Counted from the stretch's first letter, positions 9,811 through 18,681 are shown. The stretch is DNA of 64,000 bases from Thermodesulfobacteriota bacterium (GCA_963675595.2 CAXXLZ010000001.1:1088001-1152000); one strand, 5' to 3'. Made by a program: numbers and translations. The notes: generated by a model not told the origin, from the letters alone.

Positions 9811-11295
9811 TCACCAAGTCCATTTAAACTCAATGGTATCCAAGAAGGCGGTCTCATCAAAATCCTCGCCCCAGATGTCCTGGATCCCATCGCCCGGATC
9901 GAAAACCGCGAAGGCGTTGCCGACGCTGAAATGCTCATTGAACCTGTAAGTCAGGAGTACGTCGAACTCCATTCCCCACTCATTGTCGATGCTTTTGCCC
10001 TCAAGATCTTCCAGAGCCCCCACATCTTCGAAAGTCATGTAAAGACCTTGAACCTTGTAGGACAAATTTTGATAGGAGCCCTTGAAGCCGATGCCGTAGG
10101 AAACGAGACCCGGACTGTCCCCGGATGAGCTGTTGCCGATTCCGCCATACCCGGGATTCAACGCGACTCCTCTGGATTTCGGGAGCCACTCGGGCGTATT
10201 GCTGTAGAGATGGGTGCCCAAAACGGGTACCAGGCGCGACACAAAGCTGTTCTCCATGCCGAAAGTGGGAGTGTATCGCGCGATATTGGTGATGGCGTTA
10301 AAGGCGTCGATGTTGTCATCGTCGGCATCTCCATCACCGCTGACGAGAGTCGCTCCGATATAGGGTATGAATACGGGCGCAATATCGATGTCGACCGACC
10401 CGTATGCAGCGTAGGCGCTGATATCGTATTCCCGATCGGTAGCGGACCAGCGGTCGGTATCGCCCGTGGCGTAGACAAATTCCAGCCGAGGGGTGAACAT
10501 GCCCAGCTTCCCGTATGCCTCCGCACCCATGTAGTGCACGCGCGCATCGGCGGTCTGACGCTTGCTGTTATCGCTGTAGGCGTAGAAGCCACTGACGACG
10601 AGACCGTTGGGCAGCTCGTATTTCCCCTTGGCCGTGTAAACCCGCCAGTCCAGGCTGTCGCTGTCCAATGGCCCGATGGCCTTCCCATGTTCCATGTTTT
10701 CGATGTCGTCCTGGATGATCAAGTAGAGAATTTCCCAAGAGAACTTGTCCCCGATGCCTCCCTGCAAACCTATGAACGGGTGGTCGTCACCGTAGAGCAG
10801 CCCGCCCGTCGAGATGTCCAGAAAGCGGTCATCCCACCCCGTCTCAAGGGTGAAAGGACCGAAGTTGTATCTCGCTGCAAGTTTCTCGACGCCGAAATCC
10901 TCACCGGTCATTCCGCTGTCCACAGGCGTACTTGCATCCGCTCCTCGGTCCCCATTGCTTTTATTCAGGTTGAAATCAGCCTCCAAAATGATTTTGAAAT
11001 CCCAGTCGTTTCCTTTTCCCAACCAGCCGATGCGCACTTCATTGCGAATACTCGCCCCGTCCATGGGGCCGTTCTCATCAAGTACGTAGTCATACGCGGT
11101 GTCCCGGCTGTTGAAATCGGCATTGCTCAGGAAAGTGGGATAGCTTTTAAGGCTGCCGATGAAGTCAAAAGAAACGTCCTTGCTCCTCAGGCCCATTTGT
11201 CCCATCTCTGCGGAAGCGGATAATGGTAGGATCAAAAGGGTTCCCACCAATCCAACGAGGCTCAATTTTTTCATTTGTTTCCATCGATTTTTCAT
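9811..11295 (-). CDS. Outer-membrane beta-barrel/porin-like protein
   Basis: Signal peptide ending ASA, alternating beta-strand pattern, C-terminal aromatic signature IEFKWTW. GAGGAGG RBS and a sigma54 promoter support ATG 11295 over the track's 11463. Confidence 0.8.
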   Translation of the reverse strand: MKNRWKQMKKLSLVGLVGTLLILPLSASAEMGQMGLRSKDVSFDFIGSLKSYPTFLSNADFNSRDTAYDYVLDENGPMDGASIRNEVRIGWLGKGNDWDFKIILEADFNLNKSNGDRGADASTPVDSGMTGEDFGVEKLAARYNFGPFTLETGWDDRFLDISTGGLLYGDDHPFIGLQGGIGDKFSWEILYLIIQDDIENMEHGKAIGPLDSDSLDWRVYTAKGKYELPNGLVVSGFYAYSDNSKRQTADARVHYMGAEAYGKLGMFTPRLEFVYATGDTDRWSATDREYDISAYAAYGSVDIDIAPVFIPYIGATLVSGDGDADDDNIDAFNAITNIARYTPTFGMENSFVSRLVPVLGTHLYSNTPEWLPKSRGVALNPGYGGIGNSSSGDSPGLVSYGIGFKGSYQNLSYKVQGLYMTFEDVGALEDLEGKSIDNEWGMEFDVLLTYRFNEHFSVGNAFAVFDPGDGIQDIWGEDFDETAFLDTIEFKWTW

Positions 11296-11380
11296 AACCG
11301 GAACCTCCTCCTCAACGTTGCTGGGTGCTCGGAGCCCCGGAAGTCGGCGCTCCTCCAGTTCGGCTCTCAGCTCCCCGCTT

Positions 11381-11396
11381 GGCAAGGGCTGTGCCA
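11381..11396 (-). promoter_or_regulatory. sigma54 (-24/-12) promoter for the porin gene
   Basis: Minus strand reads TGGCACAGCCCTTGCC (TGGCAC-N5-TTGC), about 85 nt upstream of the porin start. Confidence 0.85.
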
Positions 11397-11728
11397 AATT
11401 GATGAAGGGGTTTCCTCGGTTGCCGCTTGCGATGAGGAAATCAAGAATCGGAAGAACCGGCAACCCGCCATGGAGGCGCGTATTGAAATAATCTATGGGA
11501 GGAGGGAATAAACCCGTCCGGCCGTGTCCGAATCCCCGCCGGTCGCATCGCCTCGGAACCCGCCGGCTCCGAAATCACTATCCAAACAACGTCTCCCGTA
11601 TTGGAACAAACTTGGAATGATTAATGAGTTCAGGGCGTTCCAAGCGGGGACGAAAACGCATGGCTGAAACTGATTTTCGAAACGGTTCAGGTACAACGGC
11701 ACCGGCCTGCCTGCAAATCGATGTTTCC

Positions 11729-11760
11729 GTTACGCTTGTAACGTTAACATGTAACGTAAC
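11729..11760. promoter_or_regulatory. Putative enhancer (activator-binding) array
   Basis: GTTACGCTTGTAACGTTAACATGTAACGTAAC contains the palindrome GTTAC-N4-GTAAC and repeated GTAAC half-sites. It lies between two divergent sigma54 promoters. Confidence 0.6.
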
Positions 11761-11898
11761 ACTTAATTCTTCGGCAACCTTGGGTCGTGCCGTCTTCGTT
11801 CCTCCAATACGCCTCAACGCAGTAATCGTTCGCCGCCTCGGAGCGATGCCCTACGCTCCGGCCTACCGTTGCCGGTCAAAAGGCGCTGATTCCCCCAG

Positions 11899-11914
11899 TG
11901 GCATGATGCTTGCT
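11899..11914 (+). promoter_or_regulatory. sigma54 (-24/-12) promoter facing the octaheme cytochrome locus
   Basis: TGGCATGATGCTTGCT, near-consensus with GG-N10-GC spacing. Confidence 0.82.
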
Positions 11915-12087
11915 CCGTTTGGGGGCAATAAGTCCGCGCAGTAACAGGGTATGCATTCACGGAGGGAACTTTTTTCAAACGGTTTCCTCGCCTACCCTGT
12001 GAACAATCACGTAACAGGAGCTTGGGCTTCCTTGCGCTTGGCGGCGCCGGGATATTGATTCTCCGGAAACGAATCTCCCCGTACGGA

Positions 12088-13385
12088 TGTCAAGCCCCCA
12101 GTTTTTGGTCCAGGAGTTATGAGAGTTTTATCATGACTCGCGGTTTTCCATCCCCGGCCCTTGGGGCCTCGGCGAAGCCGAGCTGAGCGAGGCGGAGTCG
12201 AGGCCCCAAGGGCTCGCCGCGAACTGGGCCGGGGTCATGTAATTCAATGCACTGTGCGGTCTTTCCTCGTTATAGGCTTTCCGCCATTTGGCGGCCAGAG
12301 TCTGCGCTTCCTTGATGTTGTTGAAAATTTCCATGTTCAAGAATTCATCCCGAAAACGGCTGTTGAAACTTTCCACGTACCCGTTCTGCCAAGGGGCTCC
12401 CGGCTCGACGAAAAGGGTTCCCACTCCCAGGTCTTTCAGCCAGTTTCTCACCTTTTGGGCTATAAATTCGGGACCGTTATCCGATCGAATGCCCGTTGGA
12501 ACTCCCCGCTCGCCCATCAATCGGCTCAGCTCGTTCAAAACGTCTTCACCCGTAATGGAGCGGTTGATCCTCAGGGCCAGGTTTTCCCGAGTAAACTCGT
12601 CGACAATGGCCAAGCACTTGAACTGACGGCCGTCGACCAAGCGGTCATGAATGAAATCCAACGTCCAGACATCATTTGCAAAAGCCGCCTTACGCTTGTT
12701 GCACGCATTGGCATCAACTCCCAGGAAGCGTTTCTTCTTGGCTTTTCGAGGTACCTTGAATCCTTCCTCTTTCCAAAGTCTATGAATTCGCTTGTAGTTT
12801 ACCGCCCACCCCGCATCACGCAGCAGCCGAGTGATCCTACGGCATCCAAAACGGGGATGTTCTCCAACCAACCGGTGAAGAGCCTTGATCAGTTCCACCT
12901 CATCGTCCCGTTCCTTCGGCTCATAACGTTGGGTGGATCGGTGTTGACCGGCTACGCGGCAGGCCCGACGCTCTGAAGCGGCATGTTCACTTCGAACATA
13001 ATCAACCGCTTTCCTACGACGCGCCGGGCTTAGAAGTTTCCCTCCGCAAGATCCTTCAGCATTGCCTTGTCCAACATCAGATCGGCGACCAGCTTTTTTA
13101 AGCGTGCATTTTCCTTTTCCAGTTCTTTTAGCCGTTTGGCCTCCTCAGCCTTCATCCCCCCATACTGGTTTCGCCACCGGTGGTACGTCGCCTCGCTCAC
13201 CTCCAGCGATTGGCAAACCTGCGCTATCGTCTGCCCTGCCGTCAGACGACGGTCCGCGTCTTCAAGTTTCCGGATGATTTGCTCCGCGCTGTGTCTCTTT
13301 CTCTTGGCCATGCAAAAAGTCTCCTTCCGTTCTTTGGGCATTCAGACTCTCATTATACATGGACCAATTATCGGGGGGCATTCCA
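12088..13385 (-). mobile_element. Complete IS3-family (IS407 group-like) insertion sequence, 1298 bp
   Basis: TG...CA ends with imperfect IRs (TGTCAAGCCCCCAGTTTTTGGTCCAGG / TGGAATGCCCCCCGATAATTGGTCCATG), a 4-bp target duplication CGGA (12084-12087 and 13386-13389), and orfA/orfB organisation. Confidence 0.93.
12131..13311 (-). CDS. IS3 transposase OrfAB (orfA 13030-13311 joined to orfB by -1 frameshift)
   Basis: orfA HTH ends ...EGNF*. Slippery G_GGA_AAC at 13036-13042 on the minus strand. The -1 frame continues LLSPARRRKAV...SERRAC into the DDE domain (WTLDF, SDNGPEF, NGYVESFNSRFRDE). Confidence 0.9.
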
Positions 13386-13593
13386 CGGAGACTAATGTTT
13401 AACAAAGACTTCCTAGGTGCATGTTTTGATCATTAAATAAAAACCTTTCATCCCGTTCTACGCCTGGAGCAGGGTTAAGATGGTCATAAACGGCCTTTAG
13501 CAATGGCTGACTTACTACTCCGGCGAATACATGGGTATTTGTCCTACTTTCAAGTTGGTCCGACGACTTAGCAGCAAAACTACTTTAATTTAA

Positions 13594-15027
13594 ATGGATG
13601 ATGACATGAGACGAGCATACTTAGTTTTGATACTTGTTTGTGTATGGTCTTTGTCAATATGTATAACCTATGCCGGTACTAAAAAGTCTGTTCATAAATC
13701 TGAAGATCCACACAGATCGATGAAAGGCCCCTATCCGGATGGAGTATCCGTCACAAAGGCCTGTCTACAATGTCACGAGGACAAGGCAAAGGAGATACTA
13801 ACGACATCTCATTGGCTTTGGAAAGGACCAAGTCCCAAGGTAGTAGGCCATGAACATAGGATGGATTTGGGAAAGCGGAATATCATAAACAGCTATTGAA
13901 TTGGTATCGGATCCAACTGGTGCAGTTGCACCAGCTGCCATATAGGATACGGTTGGAAGGACGCTTCTTTTGACTTCTCCGACACCTCAAAGATCGATTG
14001 TCTGATTTGCCACGACACGACGGGAAACTATCAGAAAGCACCCAAGGGTTGCGGTAAGGAGAAGGAATGGTTGAACCTGCCCGAGATCGCAAGGAATGTG
14101 GGCATCCCTTCAAGGGCCAATTGCGGAAAGTGCCATTTCTATGGGGGGGGAGGGGATGCTATCAAGCACGGAGCACTTGATTCCACCTTTGAGCAACCGG
14201 ACAGAAAAACTGATGTTCACATGGGAGGGATGGACTTTTCCTGTCAGTATTGCCACCTGGAGAATGGACACAGGATAGCCGGCGGCTGCACAACCTGTGC
14301 AGTGAGTGAAGGCACGGTTTCCTGCTTGGACTGCCACGATGAAAGGCCCCATTATGACGAAAATCCCCTGCTGGCGAAATTAAACGACCACGTCGATTCC
14401 ATCAGCTGTCAGACCTGTCATATCCCGACTTTTGCAAAGAACAAACCAACCCTCATGTGCTGGGACTGGTCAAAGGCGGGGAAAGAAATGGAACCATGCC
14501 CGGTGGATCCACATGCGATTACGATTTGCTCCAAAAAGAAAGGCCTTTTGATAAAGAAGCAAAATCTTACTCCGGTCTATTCCTGGTACAACGGAAAACA
14601 TCATCGATATTTAGCCGGCGATAAGGTAAATCTCAATGGCACTACCTATTTAAACAAGCCGGATGGAAACATTCGGGATCCGAATTCCAAAATAACACCC
14701 TACAAAATATATGAAGGTATTCAACCTGCCGACGACCAATTTGGATATCTCATTGTCCCTAAATTGTGGGGTGGTTTCTGGCGCCATTTTGATTGGAACC
14801 GGGCTGCGGAGGAGGGAATGAATTCGGTGAATCTCAAATATAGCGGCAAGATCAGATTCGTGAAGACGATCATGCATTGGGCAATCAACCATGGAGTGGC
14901 GCCGAAAGAACAAGCGCTGTCGTGTACCGATTGTCACCGTCCGGACGGTGTCATGGACTTCAAGGCCTTGGGCTATAAACGAGACCCGGTGGTTATCGGA
15001 GGGCGGTTTAAGAATGCGCGGCCATAA
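13594..15027 (+). CDS. Octaheme tetrathionate-reductase(OTR)-family cytochrome c with in-frame TGA (probable selenocysteine)
   Basis: Track ORFs 13594-13899 and 14071-15027 are in the same frame, separated only by TGA 13897-13899. Read-through gives 477 aa with a signal peptide and 8 CxxCH motifs (CLQCH, CTSCH, CLICH, CGKCH, CQYCH, CLDCH, CQTCH, CTDCH). OTR motifs include LGKRNIINSY-U, CHFYGGGGDAIKHG, WDWSKAG and INHGVAPK. Confidence 0.88.
13917..13934 (+). promoter_or_regulatory. Putative bacterial SECIS hairpin
   Basis: Stem CTGGTGC/GCACCAG (7 bp) with apical loop AGTT starting 25 nt after the UGA; G followed by U in the loop. Confidence 0.72.
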
Positions 15028-15205
15028 CATCATATCTACCAACCTAACCCGGTTTAACGCCTATGAAAAAAAGAGGCTTGAGAGTCATTTATCCAACAGC
15101 CCTAAAGAGTTAGCTGGAATCAAACAATTGCTCAAGTGACGGCCTGCTTGGAGGGCAAACGGTTTGCGACTTGAAACTAATGTAACGAAGATGGAGGCGA
15201 CAGGA

Positions 15206-16138
15206 ATGGTCGGCTCGAACGATCGGGACAGAAGGGCCACGCTTGAGCGAACGCCCCTTTTCGCGGGGCTGAATCCGGAGCAGCTCTCCGAATTTGCCCG
15301 GGTGGCGCACGAAACCAGTGCGCCGGCGGGGTCCATGATCTTCGAGCAGGGAGACGCGGGTGACGGCTTCTATATTATTAGGTCGGGAAAGGTCCAGGTC
15401 TTCAGAAGAGGGGAGCGAGGCATTGAGACCCAGCTTTCCATCCTGGGTCCGAGGGAGAGCTTTGGTGAGATGGCCCTTCTGACGGGCAACTCCCGTTCCG
15501 CTTGTGTTCGGGCCATGGAAGAGACTCATTTGATTGTGCTGTCCAAGAATGAGTTCGATCGCATACTGAAGGATCATCCCGATGCGTCGTTGTCTTTTGT
15601 AAAACAAATTTCCGAGTGGCTTCTTCGCGATGAGGCCCATTTACAGCAAGCGACGGAACGTATCATGCATCCCTCCCGGATTTCGTGGTCGGACTTCGCC
15701 TTCATCGCGGGTGTCGTCCTTCTCTGCGGTCTCATCTTCAACACAGCTAACCCCTCCGGAATTCGATGGATTCCCAAAGTCTACTCCCATGAATCCATAT
15801 CCTTCGTCGCCGCCGCTGAGGCAATAGCGGCTCGGGCTGAGGGAGCCGTGATCGTGGACGCCCGTCCCTCGAACTTCTACGAAGAAAGGCATATAGAGGG
15901 TGCGATCAGTCTTCCGCTTCCGGTGTTCGACTTCGTCTACATGATGAAATTCGGTGAAATGCGCAAAAACAAGCCCATCATTGTCTATGGACGAAACATC
16001 AGCCGTCGTTATGATTCAGAGGTCGCCTACCGTCTGGTGCTGAGAGGTCACCGGGATGTATCAATCTTAGAGAATGGTGTTTTCGCTTGGGAAAAGCAGG
16101 AGGACGCCATGGAAGCACAGGAGAATTCCGAGTCATGA
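15206..16138 (+). CDS. cNMP-binding domain + TM helix + rhodanese-like domain fusion
   Basis: IFEQGDAGDGFYII...FGEMALL...RSACVRA cNMP motif, then a TM segment, then VDARP...HIEGAISLP...IIVYG...LENGVFAW rhodanese fold. Confidence 0.8.
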   Translation: MVGSNDRDRRATLERTPLFAGLNPEQLSEFARVAHETSAPAGSMIFEQGDAGDGFYIIRSGKVQVFRRGERGIETQLSILGPRESFGEMALLTGNSRSACVRAMEETHLIVLSKNEFDRILKDHPDASLSFVKQISEWLLRDEAHLQQATERIMHPSRISWSDFAFIAGVVLLCGLIFNTANPSGIRWIPKVYSHESISFVAAAEAIAARAEGAVIVDARPSNFYEERHIEGAISLPLPVFDFVYMMKFGEMRKNKPIIVYGRNISRRYDSEVAYRLVLRGHRDVSILENGVFAWEKQEDAMEAQENSES

Positions 16139-16647
16139 AACGTCTCATGGACCTACTGAAACGTCTTGTAGCCAGTCCACACTTGGCCTTGGTGCTCCGG
16201 CTTTACATCGGTGTGGTCTTCGTTTACGCCAGCATGAGCAAGATTCCCCACCCGGCGGAATTTGCCGAAAATCTGATCGCATACAGGCTCTTCCCGTGGT
16301 GGTCCATCAACATCCTAGCCGTATTCGTGCCGTGGCTCGAGTTGATCTGCGGGCTTTTCCTCGTAATCGGGTTGGCCTCCAGGGCGGCGTCTTTCACCAT
16401 TGGCGCCATGCTTCTTGGATTCACCGTGGCCATTGTGATCAATCTGCTACGGGGTTCCAACATCGGTTGCGGATGCTTTGAAGCCGTTGGTGGACAAATC
16501 GGATGGGGGAAAGTGATCCGGGATTTGACTTGGCTGGTGATGACGCTCCAAGTATTCTTCTTTGATCGGATCCTGTTGCTTCGAAGGGGTGGGTTGAGCC
16601 TGAAACCCAGCTCGATGATCGAGGCCTGGGAGGGGGATCGGGTGTGA
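16135..16647 (+). CDS. MauE/DoxX family membrane protein
   Basis: LRLYIGVVFVYASMSKI..P..F, PWLELICG, GCGCF motif. ATGA overlap with the upstream gene. Confidence 0.85.
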   Translation: MKRLMDLLKRLVASPHLALVLRLYIGVVFVYASMSKIPHPAEFAENLIAYRLFPWWSINILAVFVPWLELICGLFLVIGLASRAASFTIGAMLLGFTVAIVINLLRGSNIGCGCFEAVGGQIGWGKVIRDLTWLVMTLQVFFFDRILLLRRGGLSLKPSSMIEAWEGDRV

Positions 16648-16733
16648 ACCGAAAGAGACATTTCAGATCGACGCCGTCCATCATTGTGGTTCTGATTGTG
16701 TTCGTCTGTGCGTGTACTCAGACTATTGGGTGA
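16644..16733 (+). CDS. Tiny coupled ORF with signal/lipoprotein-like N-terminus (29 aa; 38 aa if TGA is read through)
   Basis: GTGA overlap with the DoxX stop. Sequence MNRKRHFRSTPSIIVVLIVFVCACTQTIG*, with a basic n-region, hydrophobic h-region and VCAC. Confidence 0.3.
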   Translation: MNRKRHFRSTPSIIVVLIVFVCACTQTIG

Positions 16734-17092
16734 AAAGGACCGACTGAACCTCACGATTAGATCAATTCGTCTGCCGACTATTTGGGTCGGGAGCCGTTTC
16801 CACTCGTTCTTTCCGAAAGCCGCACCGCTGTAAATTCGCCACTTGGACGAATGTGATATGCTGTCCGGCCACGCTCTTCCGGGACTTCCGCCAAACCGGA
16901 GCGGTCGACGCCGCTTTCTTTGCCAAACCCGTCCTGAAAAATGGTAGGAATCAAACGGCATAGCTGCGGCGTATGTCTCGCGGCGCATTCAGGAGCGAAA
17001 TCCATTGCGGAGCGGCTCACTGTGAATGCCGTATCCGGCATTTCAAACGGGCGACTTTTTCGAGATCACGCTCATTGGGCTGAGGAGGAACC

Positions 17093-17383
17093 ATGCTGGC
17101 GAATTATGGCTATAAGGACGGCTCGGGCGAGTTTTTCATCACCATTGACACGGATCGCTGCAACGGCTGCGGCGATTGTGTGGCGGCGTGTCCGTCCCAG
17201 GTGTTCGTTGTGCTCGATGAAGACCCTTATGATCCTCTTCGCGACGAGCCGGTGGCCGTTGTGGGAGAGGTTCAGCGAAAGAAGCTCAAGTATGCGTGCG
17301 CCCAGTGCAAACCCGCGAAACAGAGAGCTCCCTTGCCTTGCGTGTCCGCCTGTGGACCAAGCGCCATCATCCATTCATGGTAG
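17093..17383 (+). CDS. Small 4Fe-4S dicluster ferredoxin
   Basis: CNGCGDCVAACP and CAQC...CVSAC motifs, GAGGAGG RBS. Confidence 0.88.
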   Translation: MLANYGYKDGSGEFFITIDTDRCNGCGDCVAACPSQVFVVLDEDPYDPLRDEPVAVVGEVQRKKLKYACAQCKPAKQRAPLPCVSACGPSAIIHSW

Positions 17384-17914
17384 TCCGCCGTACAGCCGGC
17401 GAAGTGATGGGGCCGGGCCGGAACCATCGCCGCCGATCGGTTTTTCCAAGCGAATCTTCCGTGCACGGTATGAACGGAAGCGCCGCCGTGCGGCACGGAA
17501 CATGACCAGCAACGTCCCAATGGAGGCGGTTCCGCGGGAAACGACGCCGGATGCCGCTCCAAGAGCGCATATCCCATTTCGACTTTGCATCATCATTCGA
17601 TTTCCGCAGTATCACGCGGGTCCTTAGGGACCGTCTCTGTGTCGTTCGTCCGATGATTACTTCGATAATAAGGGGTGTTATGGATAATAATTAAAGCATA
17701 TCCTATGTGAATATCTTCATGCCGGCAGCGTTGCTCGATTGAAGAGAAACGCATTCTTCTTGCGGGCTATGGGTAGAGTTATTAAAATAAAGGTATTAAC
17801 CCGGATATCGTCCGGGGAGGAATTGTCTGGGAGGGGATGATGGAATTCGTCCTTTCACACGGGACATGTAGTTTATCTTACCGAAATTCCGACACGAATT
17901 TCAAAGAGGGCGGG

Positions 17915-18493
17915 ATGCTTCAGCACGGAAGGGGAGGCAAAGTCAAGGCCTTGACTTTCATGGCTCTTGTGTTCCTCCTTTTATTCTCTTCTTCCAACTC
18001 GGCGTGGAGCCAGACGGTGGAGTTCGACGCCGCCAGAGTGATTCTGCCGCAGGTCGGGGAGACTTTCAACGTTCAGGTAATGATCGAGGATGTCACGAAC
18101 CTTGGCGGGTTCCAAGTTACGTTGGATTACGATCCAACTGTGGTTCAGATATTGGGAACTCCCAGTTCATCGGTTACGTTGGGAAGTTTCATTGGAAGTA
18201 CGGGCAGGACCGTGACCAAGGTGGGCGGGACTCCGGACAACACCGCGGGGACCGTGGCAGTGGGCGCGTTTACGACCGGATCGCAGGCGGGGCCAAGTAC
18301 GCCGTCCGGGACTCCCGAAAATTTGGTGACGATCATTTTCACCGTGCAGTCGCGAGTTGTGAGTGAATTGCTGCTTCACGACATTCGAGTAACGGATACG
18401 TCCGGTGTTCCTTTTCCCGATCCTTCCGATCAAACCGGCAGACTGATTCGCCCTCTGCCCATGGGCATCTTCGCCGTCATCCTCGACGACTAG
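17915..18493 (+). CDS. Secreted cohesin-domain-like protein
   Basis: Signal peptide, GETFNVQVMI...NLGGFQVTLDYDPTVVQ cohesin-like beta pattern, hydrophobic C-terminal tail. Confidence 0.65.
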   Translation: MLQHGRGGKVKALTFMALVFLLLFSSSNSAWSQTVEFDAARVILPQVGETFNVQVMIEDVTNLGGFQVTLDYDPTVVQILGTPSSSVTLGSFIGSTGRTVTKVGGTPDNTAGTVAVGAFTTGSQAGPSTPSGTPENLVTIIFTVQSRVVSELLLHDIRVTDTSGVPFPDPSDQTGRLIRPLPMGIFAVILDD

Positions 18494-18681
18494 CCTCGTG
18501 CGACATCTCGGCTCCCGCCACGAAGGGGGTCTCATTCATGGAGAACTGTTCGGCGTGACACAGCCGCATGAGAGCAGTGCTTAGAACGTGGAGTGCAGGC
18601 GACAATCGACGGACGGGAGAGGGCCGAAGGAGGTCGGGCGGCGTGAAGGGAGGGTAGGGGGGGTTCGACTCCCACGGCCGG

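Noticed and set aside
13594-15027. Octaheme gene as a nonsense pseudogene or two separate genes
   Set aside because: The only lesion is a TGA at the conserved Cys position with a SECIS-like hairpin behind it, and all motifs are intact. Recoding is more parsimonious, though unproven.
16957-16972. Possible sigma54 promoter CGGCATAGCTGCGGCG upstream of the ferredoxin
   Set aside because: GG-N10-GC spacing is present, but the -12 TTGC and -24 TGGCAC contexts are poor.
18661-18673. GGGTTCGACTCCC T-arm-like motif suggesting a tRNA
   Set aside because: No acceptor stem, D-arm, anticodon arm or CCA end could be built around it.
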